A stretch of DNA of 64,000 nucleotides from the human T2T-CHM13v2.0 reference genome, Homo sapiens: assembly GCF_009914755.1 (NCBI RefSeq), contig NC_060940.1. One strand, written 5' to 3'. A program made the position numbers and the translations under genes. The notes under the pieces are model-generated. The model was given only the letters and a program-made list of their open reading frames with translations, was not told where the DNA came from and searched no databases. Shown piece after piece: positions 44,285 through 57,201 of this stretch. Each line of letters opens with the position of its first letter. Within the stretch, counting starts at the first letter, position 1.

Positions 44285-44449
44285 TTATAAAAGCTTTTAT
44301 AATTTATAAAAGGTTTTATAAATTATAAAAGCTTTTATAATTTATAAAAGGTTTTATAAATTATAAAAGCTTTTATAATTTATAAAAGGTTTTATAAATT
44401 ATAAAAGCTTTTATAATTTATAAAAGGTTTTATAAATTATAAAAGGTTT
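44285..44449. repeat. 38-bp AT-rich palindromic tandem repeat, ~4.3 copies, abutting a MIR (44205-44283)
   Basis: Unit TTATAAAAGCTTTTATAA+TTTATAAAAGGTTTTATAAA at 44285, 44323, 44361, 44399. Confidence 0.97.
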
Positions 44450-45154
44450 GCATCATTTTCACCTACCCGAATCATTCTTCTACAAAAGAAGAAAAGTTAT
44501 TTCAGAAAAGCTTCCTAAGTTTTCCCTAAAATGAATTTCTGGCCTAGAAAATCAGATCCTGCTGTGTTCACACTTGGCCTCAATTTCCTCAGGCTTCTGG
44601 GTCATTAAGGAGGAGCTTTATCACCTGGCTGCAGGGTGGAGGAAGCCAAGATTCTGGACCGATAGCCTCCCACAGCTGCGTTAGTATTCCACAAAGGCGC
44701 AACCAGAAGATAGCAAGGAACTTTCACACTTGGCTTTAATTTCTCTCTGCACATTTTGTTAGCGATAAAGACCATCATGTTTTTTCTTTCTCCACCTTTT
44801 TTGCTTTTAGAATTCTGAATAGATGTTTTCATCACGTGGCTAAGTAAAACTGGAATAGCTGAGATTTCCAGAATTCAGTTAGAAGATCTGATAAGCATCT
44901 AAAACTTGTCCTAAGGTAGGGGGAGAAGTGTTTAGCTTGGAAATATAACTCGGAGTTCCCAGTCTTCCTCAAGTAGGTACTTGGGGAGATACTGAAGTAG
45001 GAGGAAGATGATTCCTACAAACCACGCCGAACAACAGACAGTTCAGAGATCTTTGTGCCTCTTGACTCAAAAAGGCAACTAAAAGATTTCTAAAGCATTA
45101 TCCCCATCCCTCCCCCATCAAACTTTTTTATTGGGTATAGAAAAACATGAGGAA

Positions 45155-45478
<324 letters not shown>

Positions 45479-46096
45479 AGAAAGTACCTTCACTAGATTT
45501 AGAAGTAAGCCCTTAGGCATAGATGGTCAGCTGAGCCTTTTTAAAAAAGGAAGTTGCTTAATGAGATCGGTTTCCACCACTCAGTGTTAGAGTTTTGTGC
45601 CTCCAGTTTTATAAAATAATGTAAATTATTCCCAGCCGCAGAGAAGAAAGGACAGAAAATGAAAATTAGCAGGGTACAGAAGTCCATTCTGCTGAACAAT
45701 GGAAGAAAAACCACACAGGGATTTGGTACCATTAAACTCTGGGGCAATTTTCTGCTCATTTCTCCATCTCCTCTCTTTCTGGTGGTAATCAAAGGAACGA
45801 GCTCCAGATAGGAAAGTCTTCCCTGTAATTAATTTAAACAAGTTCAGTAGACTCCAATTATCTAGTCTGCTACAACATGGAGAAATGACTGGGAAAGGAA
45901 CTCCTGGGCAACTGGAATGAATTCCATGATGGCTTTATTAAGGAGTACATGTAACAAATCCAAAGTCTTTAAGCTTATCCTTTTGGGGGGCTTTTAAAAG
46001 TTATGTCTTTATAATAAAATAAAAGCTGGGGACCATGTTTACCTCTATCTCAAGTGTTAAGCTGAACCATTGATTTATTTCCTTAGAGTGATGCAT

Positions 46097-46115
46097 TACT
46101 GCCACCTAATGGTCA
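46097..46115. promoter_or_regulatory. Candidate CTCF site
   Basis: tactgccacctaatggtca vs TAGCGCCCCCTGGTGGCCA; motif match only. Confidence 0.45.
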
Positions 46116-46168
46116 TGTACCTGCATTGAAGGGGTTAAGAAGTACGGAAATGATTTAAATAGACTTAC

Positions 46169-46188
46169 CACCACCACTGGTCACCCGT
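46169..46188 (-). other. Candidate 20-nt microexon ACGGGTGACCAGTGGTGGTG
   Basis: U6-G-U18-aag| acceptor and GTG|GTAAGTC donor. Confidence 0.35.
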
Positions 46189-46263
46189 CTTAAAAAAAAA
46201 AAAAAAAAACAAAAAACACCTTATAGTAACCTTTTTTTTTTTTTTTTTTTTTTTTTTGGTTTG

Positions 46264-46566
46264 GGCCGGATGCGGTGGCTCACGCCTGTAATCCCAGCAC
46301 TTTGGGAGGGCGAGGCAGATGGATCACCTGAGGTCAGGAGTTCGAGACCAGCCTAGTCAACATGGTGAAACCCCATCTCTACTAAAAATACAAAAATTAG
46401 CCGGGCGTGGTGGTGGGTGCTTCTAATCCCAGCTACTCAGGAGGCCAAGGCAGGAGATTTGCTTGAACCTGGGAGGCAGATGTTGCAGTGAGCTGAGATC
46501 ACGCCACTGCACTCCAGCCTGGGCTACAAGAGCTAGACTCCATCCCAAAAAAACAAACAAAAAAAA
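46264..46566 (+). mobile_element. AluSx-type
   Basis: Alu consensus; short TSD gtttg. Confidence 0.93.
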
Positions 46567-48532
46567 GTTTGATGGATGAAGCAGATGAGTTACTGTGGAT
46601 CAGGACTGTGGAAAGCCCGCCAGTTAGACAAGGGATGTTGCCCTCACCCAAAGAGCAGATAAACACCATTGGTGCTGTTTGAGCTGGGCGGGGCAGATGA
46701 TACCAGATCTTTAGGAAGATGAGTTTCACACCTGTGTACAGGAAGAAGCGTGTGAAAACAGGTCAAGAGGATCCTGAAATAAACCAAGTGTGAGAGTATC
46801 AAGGTGACAAAAGGGTAATGGAGGCTGGAATGTGAAGTTAGAGATAATCATTTTTTTAAATTATATTAAATTATATTTTATATTATATATATTAAATATT
46901 GATTTATTTTTTATAATTTATAATGATTTATATTAAATATCGACTGTTTGCCAGGCACCATAGTTAAAATGAGATAGACCAGTTCTCTCTCTCAAGAAGC
47001 TCCCACATCAAGTAGCCCTTGATGTGATTCACTCTGTGGTCTGCAGAAGTTGCCCCACCTCTCTGGTCCCCAGTCTCCTCTGTTACAGGGAAAAAGATTG
47101 CTCTGGGAGTTTTCAGAAGCCCCTTTGACTCCCAATAGGAACTTGCCTGGAGCAGGTACTTCCAAGGGAATGAGAGGAAAAGGACAGTGTTTAGCTGAGA
47201 TAGGGGTAAATATGGTCCCCATCTTTTATTTTATTATAGAGATATAACTTTTAAATGATAGCTTTGTGTAGGTGATAGTGGAGCTGAGTGAGCTAAAGAT
47301 TTTTTTTTTAATCTCATGTTCTGAGTCTAGCTATCTGGAGTGGGGCAGGAAATGTGGTATCACTGATATGTAAAGAAATCAGTAAGGAGGGGCTCATTTG
47401 CAGATAAAAGGGAATAAAACCAGGGCAGGCATGCAGACACCATCATGGTAGCTAGACATATAAATGCAGAGATCCAAGATACCAACTTCAGCTTGGAGGG
47501 AGAAACAAGATCAAAGGAAGAGGGTTCAGCAGTTCTGTGCATGACACTGGGTCAGATCTCTTCCCTAGAACAAGATGCTCAATGGCTGTGTGCCCCAGAA
47601 CAAGGTGCTCAGTGTCTCTGAGCTTCATGTCACTGTTGTGTAAAAGCAGCACTATGATAGGGGCCTCTTCATAGAGCAGCATTGAGTATCTTTGGTTTAA
47701 CATGAGAAGAGTGACTGGCCCTGTAAGCTTCAGCAGATACTAACTAGTATCATTATAGCTCCTCCTCCTCTTCATGATGATTTATAGAATTGGTCAATTT
47801 TTCCAGGGAAAAGCAGTAGAGATGAGAGTAAGAGGATGCATTCATTCCATGCCTGCAAGACAGCCCAGCTGGGGAAGGTGAACTTCAGTGGTGGGGAGGA
47901 GTGAAAGGAATAGAAAATAGAGATTTGGGGAGGATAGGGTGGACTGGTTCCACACCTCTGAGACAGCAAAGACTCCAAGAAGTTTCTGAGCAAAGGTCAC
48001 AGGACTTGATGATTTGGAGGTTACTGATGACTTTCGAAAGAGCAGCCAGTGAGGAATACAGGATTCTTCGTATGGAGACAGATTACAGAAAGAAGTCAAG
48101 TGAAGCAACAATATGCTCCTAGATACCGAATTTCCACAGCCTGGCAATCCTCAACAAAAGGGAGACCTGGGCTAGTTTTAGACTCGAGAATAGATCAAGG
48201 GCAATGTGTGTATGATCAGCAGGCTGCAGCTTCCATATTAACCTACGTTTTAAATGTCTTACATTCCTCTGGACAAAATAAATCAGCCCGGATGGAATTC
48301 GTTGCCACAATGATCTATAATGATCTATGATATGTCTTCTCATTTATAATGTCAAGCCCTTGGAGATAGGAGGCCCTCAATGTTTCTTTGAGACCTGAGA
48401 TGAGAGGATGATCAATGAAAGTAAACGAAGAGGATCATGGTAAAGATCTCATGGTACCAAGAGGAAAACAACTGATAAACAGGGCTCATGGAAGTCCCTG
48501 TCCGCTGGGCAAAGGAGAAACGGCTCCCTTAC

Positions 48533-48573
48533 CTGATCACACATCTTCGTCATGTCCTTCAGGGCCCCAGATC
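48533..48573 (-). CDS. Candidate exon B of the putative spliced ORF ((G)SGALKDMTKMCDQ)
   Basis: Acceptor cttcctgctctgcattagaacag|, donor CAG|GTAAGG, 41 nt, phase 1 to 0. Confidence 0.38.
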
Positions 48574-49019
48574 CTGTTCTAATGCAGAGCAGGAAGATGG
48601 TGACTTTTTGAAATTTCTGGAAATAGCACTCGGTGAATCAAAGCAAATTAATTCTCTCTTTTAGTCACTCTGAGCCTGGATTTCCAGTCCTTGGAATTTC
48701 ACTTCTACCAACAGTTCTTTCAGAGTCATTTATGGTTCTAAATACACAGGATGCAGTTCCCACATCACCTCCCCTCATAACACCATGGGATGAATAATCA
48801 TGGTGAAGACAAGGATCTGTGGCCAAATGATGGTTTCAAGTCCCTGTTCTGCAACTTGCCTAATGTGTCATCTTGGACAAATCCTTTATCCTCACTGCAC
48901 CTTCGTTTTGTAAATAGGGACGTTAACGCTGGGACGTACTCTGCTGGTTTGTTTTGAAGAGAAAATGAGGTAATGCAAGGGAGAGGGAGCTCAGACCACA
49001 GATTTGTGCAGAGAAAGTG

Positions 49020-49500
49020 CCGAATAAGTGACGGCTGCTGTTTTTGTTTTTATTCTGCGAGGAACTCTAATAGAAGAAAAAGAGCATTTGATGACTGAAT
49101 CACCGGTCTTCGCTAGCAGGGCAGAGGCAGATAGTTCCCCCGCCCCGACCCCGGGCCCAGCTGCTCATCACTGGGGTTGCAGAGTTCAATGCCGACATCC
49201 CAACTCTGACCCAGCACGGTGCCTACTGGGGAAGGCAGATATGGATAAACCACAGCAGCGCCCTGTGATTGATTCTTTGCCAGACGGTGGAGAAAGTGCA
49301 CATTCCCAGATAGCTCCTGCAGGGAGGTTGCATGATGCCCACAAACCCACCTGTGAGGCCCATAAGCCTGGATGTTCTCTCTTAGCTGCTTAGGCTCTGC
49401 CCCTCAAAAGCGGAAATGTTGAGTGTGGAGTGCAGCTTGTTCTATGAATTTGAAGTACGTGGTCCCTGGGGTTGGACCAGCAACAAGTGACTCAGTCCCT
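49020..49500. promoter_or_regulatory. Locally CpG-enriched candidate enhancer or alternative promoter
   Basis: GC box ccccgcccc (~49137), E-box cagctg, RUNX aaccaca, ETS cggaaa, AP-1 tgactca; elevated CpG outside repeats. Confidence 0.35.
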
Positions 49501-49719
49501 CTGAGACTCTGTTTGCTCCTCTGAAAAATGGGTGGTGTTGTGGGGGACAATTTTCTACCTGATGAGCTCCTCATGAGGATCTATGTAAAGGGTAGTATCT
49601 GATTCATTACCAGGATTTTGTATGCTTTATAGGCATGCCAAATACAGCTGTATCTTACTTTATTAAATCGAACGGAAAAAAATGTGAAAATCAAGTTGTG
49701 TGTTAAATTTGATAAAGAG

Positions 49720-50029
<310 letters not shown>

Positions 50030-50042
50030 TCATGATGTAAAA

Positions 50043-50223
50043 CAGTAGTTCTCAGCCTTGTGTGTGCGTCGGCATCCCCTGGAGGGCTTGTGAAAATCCA
50101 TATGGCTGAGCCGCACCCCCAGAGTTACCAATTCCATAGGTCTGGGTAGAGTCTGAGAATCTGGATTTTTAATAAGCGCCCCCAGTGATGCTGCTGGTCT
50201 GGGGACCACACTTGGAGAAACAC
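50043..50223. mobile_element. MER5A (hAT-Charlie MITE)
   Basis: 'cagtagttctcagcctt...cctggagggcttgtgaaaa...gctgctggtctggggaccacacttggagaaacac'. Confidence 0.82.
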
Positions 50224-50273
50224 CTTCTTCAAGGAGTCACATGTTTCTGAAGCAAAGGAGAATCATTTGTCTT

Positions 50274-50633
50274 TGTATTACTCTGTTCTCACGCTGCTAA
50301 TAAAGACATACCTGAGACTGGGCAATTTATAAAGGAAAGAAGTTTAATGACTCACAGTTCCACATGGCTGGGGAGGCCTCACAATCATGGCAGAAGGCGA
50401 AGGAGGAGCAAAGTTACATCTTACATGGCAGCAGGCAAGAGAAAGCATGTACAGGGAAACTCCCCTTTATAAAACCATCAGATCTCATGAGACTTATTCC
50501 CTATCATGAGAACAGCATGGAAAATACCTGCCCCCATGATTTAGTTACCTCCCACCAGGTCCCATCCACAACCTGTGGCAATTGTGGGAGCTACAATTCA
50601 AGATTTGGGTGGGGACACAGCCAAACCATACCA
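50274..50633. mobile_element. THE1C-like MaLR solo LTR
   Basis: 'tgtattactctgttctcacgctgctaataaagacatacctgagactggg...ggggacacagccaaaccatacca'; TSD (g/c)tctt. Confidence 0.9.
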
Positions 50634-50639
50634 CTCTTT

Positions 50640-51000
<361 letters not shown>

Positions 51001-52150
51001 TGAACATCTTTATATTCGAGGTTAATTTAAAATGGAGCCTTCAGTGCATCTGGTATGTGTGTGAATTGGACCCAGCTCAGGGATTTTGCTCTTCTGTTTA
51101 ATCTTTGCTTTTCCTGTGGACCCATGAGTGTCAGGACTGATATTTCTGATTTTTCCTTTGTGCCAAATTGAGCCTCATCTGCCCGGTCAGCCCTAATGTC
51201 ACACGCACTCCCCACCGCCTGAGATTACAGGACAGGAGATACATTTCGATTCAAAGTTCTGAAAATATGATTAATCTCAAGACTGGAGAGAGAAAAGTTA
51301 TTGGAAATATTTTCATAAAAATTAATGTTTATAGTCAACCTTGTGACAGTCGGTAGTATGTCAGCAATTCAGGTAAGGTTGTGTTTGTGTTTTGTTGTGC
51401 AGAGGATTTAGCTGCCTATAATCAGTTTCATGAAACCTTCCTCTTACATGACTCATTTTTTTCATTTATTCACTCATTTGTTCAGCAAGTGTTTATATTG
51501 ATTATCTACTTGGTGCCAAGTTCTATACTAGGCTGTGAAAACAGAGACAAATATAGACATCCTCTGTTCAGGCAATGAGAGCTTTGTAATAAGTTTCTTG
51601 TTTTTTAAGGACAAAGGCTTTTATGATTTTAGCATCACGTGGCTCCTCACTTTCTCGGTTCGTTTTGTGTTTGGTTGATGTTTTCGTTGTTGTTTTGCTT
51701 GGGGATGGTACTTGTTTCCTGCCCAGCAATTCTTGTAAGTAAGTAATAATATAGAATAACCAGATTTGTTGGGTTCCTGCAAAGACAAACATGATATTTA
51801 AAGAAGCTTGCAATTAAATAGAGAAAATAAACATCTAAAAATAGATGTACAATGCAGTGTGATGAGGAACAAGAGAAGTACCTCGGTGAAAGAAATAATG
51901 TATGTGTTTGTGATGTCTAGAGAAGTATTCGTGGATGAAGTGATACTGGAGGTGGGTTTTGGAAGGAGAAATCTCTTTCTCATATTATTAGTCTCAGTCA
52001 GTTTCCCCTCCTTTTGTTCCAGGAACACCAGCATTTCATTAGACTTAGACCCACTGTAAGCAAAGGGCTTAAGCACAAGTCCCTGGGGGAGAAACTCAAC
52101 TCTGCCATCTTCTAGCTGTGTGCCTTTGGAAATCACTTAATTTTTGAGCC

Positions 52151-52525
52151 TATATGATGGAATACTACTCAGCCCTAAAAAGGAATGAATTGATGGCATT
52201 CACAGCCACCTGGATGGGATTGGAGACTATTATTCCAAGTGAAGTAACTGGGGAATGGAAAACCAAACATTGTGTGTTCTCATCTGTGGGAACTAAGCAA
52301 TGAAGATGCAAAGACATAAGGATTGTACAATGGATTTTGGGGATTCAGGGGAAAGGGTGGGTAGTGTATGAGGGATAAAAGACTACAAATTGAGTTCAGT
52401 GTACACTGCTCAGGTGATGGATGCACCAAAATCTCACAAATTACCACTAAAGAACTTGCTCAGGTAACCAAATACCACCTGTTCCCCAAAAACCTATGGA
52501 AACAAAAAAATTAAAAATAAAATGA
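52151..52525 (+). mobile_element. L1PB 3' end inserted into a MIR (~52050-52680)
   Basis: 'ggaatactactcagcc...aaaagactacaaattg...gcaccaaaatctcacaaattaccactaaagaactt...gttccccaaaaacctatgg' plus A-rich tail. Confidence 0.85.
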
Positions 52526-53305
52526 AAAACAACATTGATCATGAAAAAAACATGAATAACATTACACCCCACACAGGATTGTTGAAAGAAACAAAAGAAA
52601 ATATTATTTAAAAAGCACTTAGCATCGTGTCTGACATGTTATAAGCACTTAATAAAATCATAGTTGCCTTAGTTATTATAATTATCACAATGTTGATGGG
52701 TGTCCTACAATACAAAGTGGATGGAGTCAGGGCTGGGGAATTGAGTCTATCTGTGGGGTGTGCGTCTGTTTAATGGTGGGGTTCTCAGATCCTTGCATGT
52801 ACAAGGGCATTGTGAATTGGCTGTATGTGGGCAATGTTCTCTGCCGTACTCCCGAACTTGTTTAAAAAGGAAACTCTTTATCCACCATGTATCTGTGAGA
52901 GCTGGGACTCTGCAGATCACTTATTGGTTCACAGCCTCCCCAAATCAGCCTGCTCTGTTCAGGGGACCATATGTGCCTGATAATGACCCTGCCTTTGTAG
53001 TCCATGGTCAAAAGCTTGCCATGAGTCTGTAGTGCCAGCTCAAATGGCATCATGCTGTGCTCCTGCCTTCCCAAGCAGGGTGTGCACGCAGGCACCCTCT
53101 GAAGGCTAGGTTCTAGATATCCTCTCATCTTTATCTTTGCAACTTTATCCTGGCTTCTAAGGGGCATGGGTGTTTCACTGTCACTATCTGTGGAAAAATT
53201 GATTCAGTCTGCATGTTCCGTGAAACACTAGGAGATTCTCCAAAAGAAGCCTCAGTTAGCAACTGCAAGTATGCAAAACAGGTATATTAAGGGGTGATGA
53301 CTCAC

Positions 53306-53392
53306 CTCAGAAAAGGAACCTCTGTTTATAGAAAAGATTAACCAGAAGACGTCTTTAAATTACATCCATCTCTGGGCATAGCTTGTGGGTGT
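53306..53392 (-). other. Candidate non-coding exon (87 nt)
   Basis: Acceptor ttttacttctcaatcattttctcag|, donor GAG|GTGAGT; stops in the frame of the putative ORF. Confidence 0.3.
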
Positions 53393-53837
53393 CTGAGAAA
53401 ATGATTGAGAAGTAAAATCTGTTTTGTGTGCATGATACACATTCCCAAATAAGCCCAAAAGAAATCAAAGTGACAGTTTGATTTACCTTTTTTAATTCAG
53501 AAAATACCTTTTCAATATTGACACTAGAAATCAGCCCTAATTATTCCCCTCTGACTTTGCTACTTTGTCTTTCCTTCTCATCTGTGTCCACTTGCTTCCT
53601 ATTGCATTATATATTTTACTTTGCATTTAATGTATCATAAGCACATCCCAGATTGCTGTATGGTCCTTATCATTATAATTTTTAATGACTGTGTAATGGT
53701 CCATCAAGTAGCTGAGTCTAATTTATTTGGCCATTTTCCTATGGTTAAACATCTAGGCCATCGATTTTCTGCCATTTTTAGCTGTAGAAACTGTGTTTTA
53801 AGAAACCATATGTAGAACCTAAATATGTTCTATTGAT

Positions 53838-54146
<309 letters not shown>

Positions 54147-55801
54147 TGAATACTTCAGCTTATTTAATTTTCAAAGTAATCTTTAAAATCGGAACCATTG
54201 TTATCACACTTTCTAAGTGAAAATTGATGCTCAGAGAGATTGTAGAGTTTGCTCAAGTCTGGATACCTAGCAGGTTATAGACCTGAGACATGAACCCACG
54301 TATCTCTGACTTTCAGAGGGTGGATTTTTCATCAGTGAACAATACAACTTGGACCATGTGGAGTGAGACAAGGAAACTGGCAAGGCCCAAGAGATTCACT
54401 AACCCCCTCTAAACCTGCCCCTGATGAATGGCAGATGGACATTCAACCAATGATAGCTGTTTCTGAGCATCTAAAATGCAGGGAGCCTGGTGTGATCACT
54501 GGCCCACCTGAGGCTCTGAGGGATGAGTCGCAGGTTCCATCCATTGCTGCCGTGTCTCTGTTTGGTTTAGAAGTGGCTTTCTCCAAGGACGTGAATGTTC
54601 ATTTTAGTGCACCTTCTGGATTTTCTCCTCTTCCCTAGATATTTGCTTTTGTGTATTCCCATGCAGGAGCTTCAGCCATTGCTACACGTGGCTCCTTCTT
54701 GTGCTCTTCTCTGCTTCCAGCTGCGTTTTCCTCAAAGGCTTTCTGGTATCCGTCAATCCCTAGATCTCTAAGAACCTTGAGCTTTGCAATTTATCCCTCT
54801 TCAGAATCCTATATGTCAGTGGCATTGGCGGAGTGGGTGGACACCTGGACAACTGTTCCTGCTTTCCATTCGTTTTCCTTTGTCACTTAAAGTGCAGGGC
54901 CAGGGCAGCATCTCTTCTGTTAGTGGCGCAGCTTTCCCTGTGGACAAGTCTCCCTTTCCTTCTCTGTGCTAGCTGGAAACAAATCACTAATTAAATTTCA
55001 TCTCTCGCAGCTCTGGAAAAACGACAGACTAGTGCTTCCAATTAATTTCATCAACAGTGTGGAATAAGAGGCATGTTGCATCCTGTAAAGACAGCAGGGC
55101 TGAGGGGAGGAGGCTCCCACTGCTGTTACCCTGCTGTCTGTCTTCAGCGAGGCTGGAGTTCTGAGCCTTTCTCACCTGCGTTCCAATATCCAGCCCTGGC
55201 TTGCTTAGAGGGTGAGAAGACTGCATTTCTTCATCCACCAAACACCAGTGGGGAGTCACCTGTGTGCCAGGCACCACGAGCCTCCCACTGTTGATAGAAC
55301 AGCAAACAAGGCAGACACATTCCCTGCTCTGGAGATAGTGCCAGACAAAAATAAGGATGTCGGGATGTGGCAGTTACAGGTGTCTCTGAACATTTCACTA
55401 AATCGAATGGACCAGGGCCAACGACCTAGAGACAGGAAAGGGACTGGTTGAGCACAGTGAGGCCCCGTCTTAGGTAAAGAGGATACAGAAATAGATCAAC
55501 ATGGTCCCGGGCTTTGGAAAAATCCAAACTGGTGAGAAAGTTACCTGAGGGGTCAGTTGCAGTACAACGTGAAAGACGTCATGACAGTAGAATGCACGGG
55601 GAACCCTGGGTTCAGGGGAGGGGACTTTTGCCCTTTGTGGGTTCAGAGGCAACTGCAAGGAAGAGCAGATACTTGAGCCATTTTCAAGAGTGTGCCAGAT
55701 GGGCTAATGGAAGGAAGGGCATTTCAGACGCTGAGAAGTCCGGGGCAGGCTATGTTTAGGAAGCAGTGAATGATGTGTTGCATCAGAAAGATACCCTAGG
55801 G

Positions 55802-56104
<303 letters not shown>

Positions 56105-56789
56105 CTAGGGCATGTCCCTGATGGAGCTGAAATGCCAGGTAAGCAAGAGGCAGGTTACTAGGGGTCTGATATGGCTTGATTTTGACTTTGGGCTTCATCT
56201 CAGAGGCGATGGAGGATGGAGTCCAAGCCAAAACACCTGGGCACCGGCCCAAGCTCTGCCACATCCCTGGTATGACCTTGGCGAGCTCCGCAGTTCCTTT
56301 AATCACTGGGGGTAATAAGAGCACTGACACCTTACGGTTGTTTTGGGGATTAGACCCAAGAATACACATGAAACACTCAGCACGTGCCTGGGCTTTAAGC
56401 GTTTGATAAACATTACCTCTAATTGTTACAGCTTAGTAGTGTCTGTGTTAGTATTGATCACCATGGTGGGCAGCCAGGCAGGGTGGGCACTGAAGGGCTT
56501 TGAAGTCAGAAGGACATAGGATCTATTCTGCCTTGCCATCACTCATTACATAGCCCCAGACACGTCACTTACCTCCCTTACCCCCTCTGCTTTTCAATTA
56601 AGGATTGTGTGTGTCTGCCACCCAGCCCCAGCTTCAGCACATGGATCCTCAATAAATCACAGATGTTGTCGTTGTCATCATCATCATCTACCTCTATTAT
56701 CCTCAACAACAATGACATCCACAGTAGCAATAAGCAGGGGGAGCACCTAAGGCAGACTCTGCTTTAGAGAGATGAGTTCAGGGCTTGAG

Positions 56790-56875
56790 GCTGAAAGACA
56801 GGGAACCAGCAGGCCAGGCCATGCAAGCCTTGCAGCTAAAAGACAGGGACCCAGCAGGCCAGGCCGAGCCAAGCC
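56790..56875 (+). repeat. ~45-bp tandem duplication
   Basis: 'aaagacagggaaccagcaggccaggcc' repeated as 'aaagacagggacccagcaggccaggcc'. Confidence 0.85.
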
Positions 56876-57188
56876 AATAGTCACTGACCCACTCCGCATC
56901 CAAGATCCCTGAGGCAAAATCTGAAAACACACATGTTAGGAAAGACATTTGTCTCTCTCCCAGATTTCTGATTTGACAGGTCATGGCACCCTAAATTTGC
57001 ATTTTCAAAAGCTCCCCAGGGAATTTTGCTTTTCCAGCAGGCGTCTGAGAACCCTCATCGGACATACGCAGTGATGCTGGTAAAGCCTGAGCAGAAACAA
57101 AAGAGGGTCCCGGGGGCAGAATGGGAGGCAGCTCTGGGTCTCTTAAGATGGCCCTGGTGTGCTAAGTGCACCAGAGGTAGGAACTCAC

Positions 57189-57201
57189 CCACTGTCGCCA
57201 T
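57189..57201 (-). CDS. Candidate first coding segment A (MATV) of the putative spliced ORF, in exon 57189-57217
   Basis: Kozak-like GTAATGG; donor TGG|GTGAGT; acceptor ctctctgttag|. Confidence 0.33.
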
